A stretch of DNA of 64,000 nucleotides from Klebsormidium nitens (Eukaryota; Plantae; Klebsormidiophyceae). Below the pieces are notes generated by a model. That model had not been told where the DNA came from and ran no database searches. It worked only from the letters and a program-made list of their open reading frames with translations. Both the position numbers and the translations under genes were made by a program. This document shows, in pieces, positions 50,001 to 62,200 of this stretch. The first letter of the stretch is position 1, and each line of letters starts with the position of its first letter. Location of the stretch: contig DF237434.1 in assembly GCA_000708835.1 (NCBI GenBank), positions 6,544 through 70,543 on the forward strand, read 5' to 3'.

Positions 50001-53000
50001 NNNNNNNNNNNNNNNNNNNNNNNNNNNNNNNNNNNNNNNNNNNNNNNNNNNNNNNNNNNNNNNNNNNNNNNNNNNNNNNNNNNNNNNNNNNNNNNNNNNN
50101 NNNNNNNNNNNNNNNNNNNNNNNNNNNNNNNNNNNNNNNNNNNNNNNNNNNNNNNNNNNNNNNNNNNNNNNNNNNNNNNNNNNNNNNNNNNNNNNNNNNN
50201 NNNNNNNNNNNNNNNNNNNNNNNNNNNNNNNNNNNNNNNNNNNNNNNNNNNNNNNNNNNNNNNNNNNNNNNNNNNNNNNNNNNNNNNNNNNCTTGGGTCG
50301 AACTTCGCCGTGCTCATCTTCGATGACACCGAGGCGGTGAGTTGGCTGACCCTTTGAGTTTGGCGTTCCGAAACGCTTCGAGCTGCCAACGGTCGTTTCA
50401 AGACAAGTGTCGTACTCTGGTCGTAAATAGCAATCTTTACCGTTCATCCTGATCGTCGTTCTCGGGGCCGATATTCCGCCGTACTCATCATCGATGCCAC
50501 AGAGGGGTGAGTTGGCTGACAGTCTGTTTTGATTGCAAGTCGTCTTGAGCTCTACTACCCGTCCTTTCATCTGTGACGAGGTTTCTCGTTTTAGTCGAGC
50601 GGGGGTGGACAATCGTCTCCCTTGATCCTGACGTCAACCCAGCGGACCTGGGCCGTGCCGGAAATCAAGCGTGTGTGTTTGCAGACGGCATCGCTTCTCT
50701 TCCGTCGCCTTCGCAACGTAGGTATTGCTTCTTGTGTTAGACAGCTTTCTTCTCGGATTAAGAATCTGCATCCGTCTGTCCGCGAGTTGATTGGGGCAGG
50801 TAGCTAGATCGAGCGATAGGAATGGAAAGCGCGTCCAATTGCAACCGAATGTGGGCTGCAACCCCTGAGAAGAAAACGATCTCGCCGTTCATGCTTTCTG
50901 TCTTTCACCGGGGATACCCCCTGGGCCACCTTTCAGAAACACGAGGCACGTCATATCGACGGTTCTAACTCTTTCGCTTCTGACGCTCCGAGCCCTCCAG
51001 AAGCCCCTGTAAACATCAGGGCTTTCGCTCTGTCCTGTAGTTTTGAAGAGAAGGAACGGGCCAACCAGGTAACGTCACGTGGCGGTGTAAAACCCGGAAG
51101 CTCCGTACCCGTCAGTCTGCTGTCGTCTAATAACAGATGGGAGATTCCCGTATTCTCCCCTCCACCAATGTGGTCCAGTGGCGTCCCATCTGCTAACGTC
51201 ACGTGGCAATCCGAAAGGCTCCGCATTTTACGCCCCCCAGGAGCCCCGCCGGTCTGCTGGTGTTTGAACTGTACTAGTTGTTTCGGTTGAGCTGAAAACC
51301 TCGTTTGCTGGTGCCACGTGGCAATCCAAACAGCTCCGCATTTCTGTGCTCCCAGGGATGGCCTAAGGACCGGGCGAAAGTGCTGGTTATCGAGCGGTAC
51401 TACTTCTTCCATCTCCCGAACAAGATGGAAGAAGTGGTGTGCTTCAAAAGCCGTTCGATTTGCTGGTGCCACGCGTGGCAACCCAAACAGCTCCGCGATT
51501 TGTGCTCCCAGGTGTGGCCAAAGAACCGGGCGAACCTGCTGGTCATCGAGCGGTACCACTTCTTCCGGTCGAGCCGGCGCCAGTTCGGCCTGCCCGGGGA
51601 GTCGCTCGTCGAGGCCAAGAAGGACGAGTGCAGCGAGGAGGGGGCGCTGCGGGGCATCCTGGACACCCTCAAAACGGTACACGCCGACTTCTTTGCGCCG
51701 CGAACGGCGCCGGCGGACGTCCGACAGGTGAGGTGCCGTTGGAATCTTGTGTTTAGCGGGAGCAATTACAGAATACTGATTCTGCTTCCTTGTCCGTTTT
51801 GCGGGATTGAGTGCGACACACAATGCTGTCCATTTTGGAGCCGCATCTCTTAGCGGTAAGAGAGCCGCTAAGAGCTGCGGCTCCAAATGCAACGAGGATT
51901 CTAGGCGCTTCGTGCTGGATCTATTTTGCTGGGCTGCGCATGTGGACATGAAAGAAGGTCAAGTTGTGGTCCGCCCAGCACTGTACTCGTGTGACTTGTC
52001 TGGTGCAAACATCAGGACTTTAAAGGTAACAATCGGACACAACTCTAGTAATGTAGACCTGTAGCACGTCGTTTCCGGATGCCTCGTTTCCTCCGACCAG
52101 CCCTCATCCGGGTGCTTTGTAAGCTGACCGTTGATCTGACCGTCGAAGTTTTGAGGAAACGCTGTCACCACACTCTAATAATGGGGTGAATTGTCTGATT
52201 TTTTCGGAAACAACTGGCGATGATGCAATCCAGGATATCAAGCGCATGTGCGAAGCTTCATTCTTGGTCAATGTACTCCAGATGCTGGAATTGCAATAAA
52301 GCCAAAACTCTATAACCTGTCTAGGCTGACCTCGATAAGGGCGTCATGTAACGCATGTTCCTTCTTCTTGTGTCCTTGAAAACTTGTTCCGACTGACTAT
52401 CGATGCTGTTGCATGCGTCACCGCGAAGAATGACATCGTTAGAAATGGCCAGCAGGCCTAGCCGTCGACGATTGATAGTGAAAGGCAGAAAGGCGTCTTG
52501 TTTTATCTGAGCTGAGCTTTTTGATCCTCCTGGTCGCAAGCTCGTGGTGGTTATAATGCCTGCAAAGCTTCGTGGCGCCAAAGCCTTTGGCAAACCTCGA
52601 TTCGCTTGGTTTTAGGCTGACACCGCCGTTTGTTTTAGAAGCTCTGGGACGTGCACGGCCCACTTAGCTTGATTGAGCCGCGTCCACAGATTATATCCTG
52701 ATACGTTGCATGTTGCTTGTTGCTCTCCCTCGACTCAGTATAAAACGGGGTCCTGAGGCACAGGCCTGAATCGGTGAAGTTGTTGCCGTGAAAGTCCTAT
52801 CTTGTGCTGGCAAGGATCGGTGGGCTGCAAGATGCTGCGAATGATTGAGAGGACCGTCACACTTGTCAAACCGACATGCCCAGTCAGGTGCCGATTTGAA
52901 GTTTCCCTATTTGAGCGTGTTCATTTGTGAGGTCAATTTGAGCGGGGATTGCTGTTGCTTACCTGTCATTTCTGGGTTTGAACTGGACATGGGCGAGACA

Positions 53001-56000
53001 AAGATAGAACGAATTTTTAACTAGTGGCTTTCTCTACACACGTCCCAAGGGCAACGATAGAAGTGCGCATGGACGTAGTCCAAGCGAGTGCACTATGTTC
53101 GCGCTGACGCCCTGTTTTGTTTTTCCATGGGTAAAGCCGCGTTTGATGACCTTCTCCCTGCCCGTCGCTGACCTCGCATCGCCGTTTGTACCAATTGCAG
53201 ACTGTCCGATTTGATTCCTGCTTTCTTTGCGTTATGTTGGTCAAGCTTTCCGACAAAAGGAGGGCCCCGCAACAGAGCTTCTCCTGTCCGAAAAAGATGG
53301 ACAGATTTTAAGGAGGCGCCTTTTGGTTGCGTTGCAGTCTGGTTGAATTGGTATTAAACCTGGTTCTTGATGTCTTCCGGTCAACCCAAGCGGTGCCCAC
53401 TTCACGAGCGACTCAGAAGCTACTTGTATGACGACACCGGCGCTTTTGTAAACAAGCGTCATTCGACGGCAGTGATGCCTATCCAATATTTTGGGCTTCA
53501 CATGGGCTCACAGCGTTTTTGATGAGCTGTTGACGCTTGTGAGAAGATTAGGAAGCTCTGGCTGACTGCGGTCGATTGCAATCCTCTAACCATAGCGGTC
53601 AGTTTCAATCCCGACCAAACTAGACAAACGCTCTTTCAAGGCTCGAGCAAAGTTTCCTTTCTTGCTTTTGCCGTGCTAAGATTGCCCACCCAATTGTGAG
53701 ACTGCTTCAGTATCTGGAATGTATTTCACAGAGCACTGACCTACACGGCTGCTCTTTCTCGAGCCGTACAATCAATCCAGCAAGCAAATAGAAAATCTCG
53801 ACCGGTGTTGAAGCAAACAGTCGCGGCTTCTATTCTTGTGCTATCGAAGGGGAGCCTTGTGTTTAATCACTCGTAGGAAGGTGCTGTAACAGTACACCGT
53901 TGATTCTACCGTTGGTTATTGTAATGGATTTTGAGGCTGAAGCTTGTTTCTTCAGGAGTTTGCAGCTTCTCGTGGGAGGTCATGATGCTCACAAAGCTTC
54001 GGTCGTCCGCACTTCGGTTGAACCTAGTCGATCGAGATTGGCTTGCAATATGGACCTGATCCTGCTGGCGCAAGTAGGCTCTTTCGAACCAGACTGGCCG
54101 TGCAAGAGAAACCCGGCACTTACGCTGGCTCGTTGATTGAACACGGCACGTTTCGAGATGCTCGGACAGTCGCGGGGTCTACAATTGCTGTCAAAAAGCT
54201 GCTACATCTATCCGCCTAGCCGGAAAGTATACATAGTACTACAATCATGGCCCGGATGCAGAGGAAAGGGCTGAGCCAATACCGGCTCACCGAAAATCGG
54301 TGGTGACTGATGCCACGCTTTTCGTGAGACTCATGGGGCACTCCGCCCACTCAGGGCCTCATTCCGCTCGTTTTTTCCCGAGCTCAGTCCAAGTTTGGCC
54401 GATCTCCACGCTATTCAGCCAGATCTTGCTCCAATGAACTGAGGCTGGCAAGCTGGGTGTCGGAATGGCTCTGCTAGATACTTTCCGCTTGCTCAGAAGA
54501 TTGCAGATCTCTATTCAATAATGCTACGTTTGCTCCTCACCCTGTCTTTGAAATCTGCTCCTTGATCAGATTGTTTCTGGTCGACCTCTATCGCTGGTAT
54601 TTCCCTTCTGGACACCGCAAGTGTTGGTTTCATGCTGGCCCCGTCGAGGGAAGGACTGTGAGTGCAATGGGTTTCCTCGCCTGTAAATATGTTTATACTA
54701 TTTGTTCGGGTCCGGATTTCCTAAATATCCTTATGGGGTCCCATGACGCCATTACCGGTGGGTATGCCTTTCTCTTAGCTCTCGGAGTTGAAGCCCTTTA
54801 GTGTTGCAACCAACAGCTGACCAATAAGTAACCATCATTCTTCTTTTGTGCCTCCCTAATCGAGCAGCGCCCTTCGGTCCTGGATCATCTTTCATAGCCC
54901 TCGAGTCGGAACTGACTTCAGATGCAAGCGAAAACTTAGGCAGATTGATCCGCATACTAAAACTGCCGGTCTTCTTGGTAGAGTTTGGCGCCGTTTTGCA
55001 AGGAGATCACGCGTACTCGTGAATGAGTTGCTGCTGTTTGAGATGGCCATGGGCTGACAAGAGGTGGATTTACACCCTGAGGAACACATGAACTGCCCCA
55101 CTATCCTTTTGTTTTTCCCAGTTGCTTTTTGCTCTGCTCTCTGAGAACCAAACAAGCTTCTTCCAAATAGCCGTGATGCTCGCAGACACGAGGACGCCCT
55201 CAGTCATTGTACGTTATGAAGAGCTGACGCTGTTGGTATTTGCACTTGCCAACTTCAAGAGTAGCCCATTGGCTAACTTGCGATCCGCTGCCAATCGCTC
55301 AATCGCTCGTCTTTGTTTCACTAAGTTTTGATCTAGCTTATCAGACCCTTCGTCGTCTGACTAGAGCGAAAGCTATGTGAAAGGCACAATCCTGCCGACC
55401 AACGCATACGTACGGAGATAGTTCCGGAGATACGAAGCCTTACAAGTTGTCATACTTGGAGGCAGTTTATTTATTTCCATCAAGTTGCGTATCCGAAGGG
55501 ACAAGGCACTGATGCTCAACAGCTGTGGGGCGACCCAAACCGGTTCTGAAGAAGGGGCTGACGCCACGGTTTCGCGTTGCTATGCGTTCAATTTGCCGCC
55601 AGTCAAACTTCTTTTTATCGGACTGTCCACAGTTGTGCTGCCTCACGTTGCTTTCTCATGTGCGTCCTCGTCTCCTCCGCCAATCCGTCGCCCCCGGTCT
55701 TGCGCCTATTAAGTTAACATTGCGTCCTCTACCGCTGTTTGATACCAAGGCAACGGGGCACCAAATGTAGGACAACCGTCCTACGGAACGCACTGTGTCG
55801 CCGCGAAGCGCCATTTGACCTGCTAAAGAAGCATACAATACGGAAGAAATGACCAGGAATTGTGCAAGCAAGCAAACTACGATGTTGGGGGACCAGGCAT
55901 GCTTTATCCGTCTTGAGAAGCGTCACGCAAATGCTTCGTCCGTTTCTGTTTCTTTGTTCAGCCTCCTTCACGACATCTTATGGTTTGAAAAGGCCATGAT

Positions 56001-58066
56001 GCACAGAAAGATGGGGATCCTTTCCCCATGTCTTCTTTGTTCTTTACTGATGCCCTTGACAGCAGATGTCACTCAGCGACTCAGCCGCTGGTTGAGCGTC
56101 GTTTCGTTTGTGGTCGCTCAGACGCAGCTTTGGTCCGTCTCGTTGACCCTGGTTTCAGAGGTCTCGTCGACGGACTTCTCTGGTTCATCACGAACTTGGA
56201 CGAGTTCCATCGAAGATATTAGGCACTGGAGGTGGTAATGATGATTATAGAGCCTGGGATTGCTCAATCGCAGCAGCTCACTCGTCTTGCTTTGGCTGAC
56301 ACCACGGATATCACCCGAACGCGTGAATCCGTGTGCGCACTCTTCGAAGCTTTCTAATCGAGACTCAGTATGTCGCTAGACGACGACTGACTGGTCAAGC
56401 TGCTAGAAGCTTCTTCCCAAACCCTGACCAGTCGATGTCGTCCAGATTGAGTACAAGTCTTGTGATGTGAGCAGCTGGGGAACAGATTTTGGAGACTTGA
56501 TACGGTCTCGCACTTGCTTAGGCGCTGCAAGACGGTGCTCGTCAGTTCCTTCCGTAAGGTTCGCCATCATACGGTTCCGGTTCCGCAGTACACAGACGTA
56601 TAAAGAACAAGTACCGACGATCTTCTAAGTAGTGCCCTTATCTCACCAGGTCTTGGCCTCCGTCCGACGTGGCATCCTCTCCGGCTGCCACGTGGTCTTC
56701 AGCCGCATCTTCCCCCAGGGCTTCCCGCACCACGAGTCCCACCCGCTCTGGATCCGCGCCACCGAATTGGGGGCGACCTGTTCCCTCAACGTTACACTTG
56801 AAACCACCCATGTGGTCGCCGTCGAACCCGGGACGGAGAAGGCGCGGTGGGCGCGCGCAGAGGGCAAGTTTGTCGTACGACCCGAGTGGCTGGACTGCTG
56901 CCAGGTGTGTTTTTGGAAACTTACGCGACTTCACATCTTTCTTACATATGCTTCCTCGTTTTCCTAAGCGCTACGTCGTATCTGAGATTGTCTGAACATC
57001 GCGTTTCAATAGGAATGCACGTACTTCTCCGATCGCCGGTGCTACTAGGGTCTTCGTGGTTCCAAATCTCCCTCCACCTCAGAAAAGGGCTCCTATGTCA
57101 TCTCTCGTTGTTGGTTCCGGACATTCATACCGGATCCGTCTCATGTGCACGTTCTTACGTGTCTGATGCTTTCGCAAACAACTTGCCTCACTTCGGCTTC
57201 TTTGAACAAGTTTACGATCGTTCATCCGTCGTTCTGCGCCTCACTTCGTTCACAAATTATGATTGGTCGTATGGGGAGCGTGATGTCCTTGTTCGCATAG
57301 GCTCGTCCTCTGAAGTGTGACGCTTCTCCAGAGCCTCTCAGGATTCCCAAAGTAATCAGAGCAGCCCACATCCCAGCGGAAGACTATAAATATGCAAATT
57401 TATCCAGAAAGGCTTCATAAACACGGGGCTCTCATAGTAGGCCCTCGCATTTAACACTGACAGCAAGCAGGTTCTTGAAACTTTGCAGAGGTATCTAGAT
57501 CTGCTCTGAATCCAGGAGACTTTCTAAAGGAAGGGCATTCCTTTTTACCACTGAGCGGTCCGCAAATTGAGGTTGAAATTTAAAACTGACCCATCCCCGA
57601 TGTCCGAAATTTTGTGCAGCTCACATGGTCGCATGCCCGGGAGGAAGACTTCCCGGTGCTTCCCGACTGGAGAACTCGGGGAGCTGCGCCCGAGTTCGCG
57701 CGCACCGTTGACCGGAAGGAACCGGAACCGGAGACCTCCTCGGCGGACGGAACCGACGAGTCCGACGAGGATGTCGAGGTGACGGACGGGGAGCGAGCCG
57801 GCCCATCGGAAGCTGCCACGTCAGGTGGAAGCGGCGATGAGAAGAGGGAACGGACCGATGACGAACGAGAGGAAGGCGATGCGAAGCAAAGCGGCGACGC
57901 ACGCGGTGAAGATCGGCAGCAAGCGGTAGAGAACGGTTTAGCAAGCGTAGCTAGGAGTGTTGGAAACGAAGAGAGTCGCGAAGGTGCGACAGAAAGCACG
58001 CAGCGGACCGAGCACGCTAGCAAACGCCAAAAACAGGAGCATGAGGTTGACGAAGGCACTCTTTGA
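47004..58066 (+). CDS. CPL4: RNA polymerase II CTD phosphatase-like (FCP1 family, CPL4-type) with FCPH and BRCT domains and a charged C-terminal tail
   Basis: Exons 47004-47161, 47404-47626, 47886-48017, 48409-48630, 49315-(gap), 51512-51727, 56650-56904, 57620-58066. DLDHT catalytic motif, [56 protein letters not shown], and the CPL4-like N-terminus [10 protein letters not shown] ... CPPHPG..ICIRCG. Confidence 0.92.
49435..50291. other. Assembly gap (857 N) hiding the true end of CPL4 exon 5
   Basis: Run of N. Coding sequence stops at ...DVVLGADSA before the gap. Confidence 0.99.
50292..50520 (+). repeat. Two echo copies of the CPL4 exon-5 3' end plus donor (GTGAGTTGGCTGAC at 50337 and 50507)
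   Basis: cttgggtcgaacttcgcc and ctcggggccgatattccgcc both mirror the pre-gap ctcggggcggactccgcc, so they are duplicates rather than its continuation. Confidence 0.85.
50945..51570 (+). repeat. Echo array of the CPL4 intron-5 acceptor plus start of exon 6
   Basis: cacgtggc...gctccg...ccag recurs near 51077, 51200 (AG at 51240), 51315 (AG at 51355) and at the real junction (AG at 51511), with a weak trace near 50948-51000. The nearest copy includes ~60 nt of exon-like sequence. Confidence 0.85.
51834..51887. repeat. Intronic inverted repeat: 23-bp arms, 1 mismatch, 8-nt loop
   Basis: tttggagccgcatctcttagcgg (51834-51856) pairs with ccgctaagagctgcggctccaaa (51865-51887). Confidence 0.9.
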
Positions 58067-59278
58067 GAATCGCCCCTCCAAATTGGATCCGACTTGATGG
58101 TTGCACGCTCTCCATTACACGCTCCAGGAGGATCTGCGCATTTTCTGCAGACACGCCTTTGCTCAGGGTATGCTGTATACAAACCCATAGTCAAAATTGG
58201 ACGTTCGTGTTCACACCATCATGCATGCACATTTGTCTGCACTTGAAGTACCCGTGCATCCAACCAATCATCACCGCAGCTTGGGAAGGTCGTAATCCTT
58301 GATGTAATTGCTTCCAAGCTATAGCTACCCGCACATGATCCCGGAGGATCCGGACTTTGCAGCCTGCTCAAAGGACAAACTGCAGCCCATATGGCCTTCG
58401 AGAGGGATCGCGACGAAGAGCGATCGAGGTGCTGCATGTAGGTGAAACATGCAGAGATAGCTAGATATATAAGTGCAGAATACTGGGTTGTATAATATAT
58501 TGCACTGCATCAATTACGCTGCGTCGCTGATGATTTTTGAAAATCATGTTTATGACTGATGCATGAGTTAAAGAGAAAGCAACGCGCAAGATCCTAGGTG
58601 AGAATCAGGCAAGGATCTAGCCGCCTCTGCTACAGGAGGGGTGCATGTGCACTGGCAACGGGCTCAATCGAGCCCCATCCGGCAGTTGACTCAAGCTCAT
58701 GGATTTTGTTCCCAACATTTTTCGCAAGTCAGATCATCTACGTTTGTCTGGCGCAACATTTGGTGAGACAAACCACAACGTAAACAGATCGTGGGGCGGC
58801 TTTGGGCGAGTGAAGCCGCGTCTCAGCATTCTTCGGATGCGCGCAGGCTGAGTTGAGGCGTAGCCTGCTAGTGTACAGATCCAAACGACTTGATAAAATC
58901 GATCGAGATGCAAGTCGGTCATTGCTAGCTGTCAAAATCTCTGAACGCGCCTTCTATGGAACACAAAGCTCGCTACAATAGTACAATACAGCAACATAGC
59001 TTCGCTGTGCCAGTCCGATGCAGCACTACGCTTTTTTCCCAAGCAACACACAACCCTCTCATCGCGGCTCAAACACTCAGGCAGGAGCCCCTCTTACTGT
59101 ACAACACAATTGCGACTACGTACGCATACGCGTGCCCCTACCTACAGACTAGTCGCATGAAGTAAGTAACAAAGCTCGACTACGGTCTAGCACACTTTCT
59201 TGTTTTATTGCCCTCTTTGCGACGTTCAAAGCGTGGCGCTACGAGACTGTGACCAACCCGGACCCGACACGTGGCAGC

Positions 59279-62200
59279 CTAGTGAGGCACGCTGGGAACC
59301 GCGGCGAAAAGGTCCTGCAGCTTTTTGGGCGGCGCGTCCTGCTTGGAAATGACTTCGACCACCTTGTACGAGGCCTCGGGCAACAGCAGGGCCTCCGCGG
59401 CAACCTCGGCGACCTGCGGTAATAGAGACAATGCTGTTGAAAACACGGCCTTCGACTAAAACTCGAAGCCGAGCACTCAAGTTCTACTTTGATTCTATGG
59501 AACGAAGTGCATAGTTCGAGGATTACAATCTATCGTTGCCTTGCAAAAGGTCGTGCGGGCCTGTAGAGCCACGCATTACGTGGCGGTGTTTGCGCCGGAA
59601 ACTGTCGGCAGAAGCTTGCCGATGCAGCATACGGGAGAGGCCCAGCACAGGCACACCACTCTCTGAGTGTTCGTCTCTGACGGAGGGGTGTGGTAGAAGC
59701 AAGCAAACGACAAGCATTCTCTGCGCGAAAAGGAGAGAACCAACGCTGAACGGACAAGCCGCAGTGCTCTCTTGATATGCGTCCTCAAAAAGGGCACCCT
59801 GAGCACTCAAACGGTCATATCTTCCTCAGTCCAAACAAAAATTCAAGCCCAAAGCAAACAGATGTAACTGAGTGAGACGGGCATTTCACGTCTTGCTTTT
59901 GAAAGAGAACCAAAATCGTGACGTCACGCTGACCTGTTCCCGCGGCACGGCCCCCCCGAAGATGGTGTCTTCTTTTCCCAGTACGATACTCCCAGGCTCC
60001 GCCCGGTCCAAACCCCCGGGCCGCACAATGGTGTAGTCCAGATCGGTGTTCCAGATGTGCTCCTCTGCCCGGTGCTTGGCAACCAGGGTCAAGCCTGCAT
60101 ATGTGCTCTTATTCTGAGTCTTACAGGTCATAAGAGCTGTGAGATACAAGTACGACTGAGTGAGAGGAGAGAAGTAGTGCTAGGAAGATCAGTCAATAGC
60201 ACGTAATGTAGACTTGACACCGAACCGTAGAATACAGAAGCAGCTCCTTGCTGCAGAAGTCATCGGAACTTTGAAGCAACAATCGAGAGAATAGGCGCCA
60301 GTAGCTCAGCAAAGGTTAACTCTGTGGTTTGCATGTTGGGCAAAGACTATTTTTGAAGATCAGAAAAGGAGGACTGAAACAAGGCGGGTTAGAAGTGGCT
60401 TTGACTCTTGGACTCTACACTCCGGTTATACGGAACCAAACAAGACTTTTCTCGTCTCTCTTTACTTGACTCAACCCAAATTCGTTCCTTGTTTTGAACC
60501 GCTTTCAATCCACCCTCTCTCCACTGCTCGAGTTCTACCCTCTTCCTTGCTTCCTCCATCTGCCTTGGGTCAAGATTCAAAACGTCTCTAGAAGGTACAA
60601 CCGAATGCAACGTCTGCCAAATCCCAGAATTTTACTGCCTAACAGAAGACGCTAACTCGGAGAGGACGCTTGATCTCCTTTACGAAACTCCGAAGACGAT
60701 TAACGCCGGGTTTGGACAGAGGTGGTTAGCCTCACCGAAGAGGTTAAGGAAGATAAACGCCGGATTAAGAAACTGCCCCAGCTTGGCCCCGTTGGTCAGC
60801 AGCGCTGACACTACCACGAGCTTCTTGACACCAACTTTCTTGCAGGCCTCCGCCAAATCGACGTTGGCTTGGTAGTCAATCTGGGCCAGAGGAAACGGTG
60901 TCAAGGACTAATCACGCATCAGCACTTGACGTTATTCTACAGTAGGGCGCATTGATCGCAATCGATGGCCGCTTTGGAAATATTTTGAAGTTGCTTTGAC
61001 AATAATCAACGGGGAATTTCACCAGAAAGTTTCTTGCGAGGCAAAGATGCACTGTCGTTCTTTCGTCAATGCTTCGCCAGCTCGTTGGGTGTCCGTTGGT
61101 AGGTTAACGGAGCTACTTCGCACGGAATGTATTTGCAAACCATTTCGAGCTGAGGCCTCGTTGACTGTGTCGCTTGATGTTGCAAAAGCCGGCGCCAAGA
61201 TAAGCCTCAAAAACATCGAAGACTTTCAAAACATATCTGGGCGTGTGTGTTCCTTTCAACCACCATAGATCGATTGGCACAAAAAGAGTGCTCGTTGAGC
61301 GCTGCAAGCATCGAATAACTTTCACCAAGAGAGAAGAAAATCCCTAACATCTCACAAAAGATGTACGCAAGAAGAGTACAAAGAAGAAGCCGAGTGCTCA
61401 CCACCCAGGGCTGTTTGAAGTTGAACGACGGGCGGGCGCCAAGCGCCGACACAACCGCATCGCACCCCTTGATAGCAGACGCAAGAGCATCTACTCCGTC
61501 AGTGATGTTGGCTTCCACCAGCTGTTACAACATAGAAATCATCTTCGATTAAACTACAGCAAAGATAGAATACAACTTGAAGACTTACAAGGATCAAATA
61601 GTAGTCACGAAGAGGATTCTTCTGATTAACCAAGACTAAAATACTACGCACTAGTTGACTCGCTCCGCACCCGAACCCACCCTAATCACGATATTAACCC
61701 CACCCGTCCTCATTGGTCAAGGGGCTGGAAGTTCTGGTGTTTGTGTTGGGTTAGGACACTGTTGCTTCCGCTTGACATCACTTGAAAAGAGTCATAAACA
61801 GACTAGTCGGGAAGAGCTCGTCAAGGAACCGTAATGCGTGACTTCGGAGGATCGACAGCAAAGTTTGCCCAAACGCTACTTGGTCGCAAAGATTGCCTCT
61901 ATTAGCTGCCACTCAAAGCAGAAAACACCTTGGGGTGCACTCGAACGGGCATTTTACTCGTATGCTTACCAGGCAGCTGACTTTACGAGTCACCCAAGAC
62001 TTTTGAGGTTTTCTTGGCGACCTAGCATATGTTTGTATGCAATCCTTACTGCATGTTGGATTCATCTGGGCGCATCTGTGCAAAATCTACCAGCTCAGGT
62101 ACGCAACCTGTCCACATTCACAAAGAAAACCTCTGACAATTCACAATTACGATAAACACGCCCCTACACAGAAGCTCCCTCAGCTTTTTGTGCCCAATGT

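Noticed and set aside
49278-50612. Long ORFs of 340-444 aa in the ORF track
   Set aside because: Artefacts of translating through 857 N.
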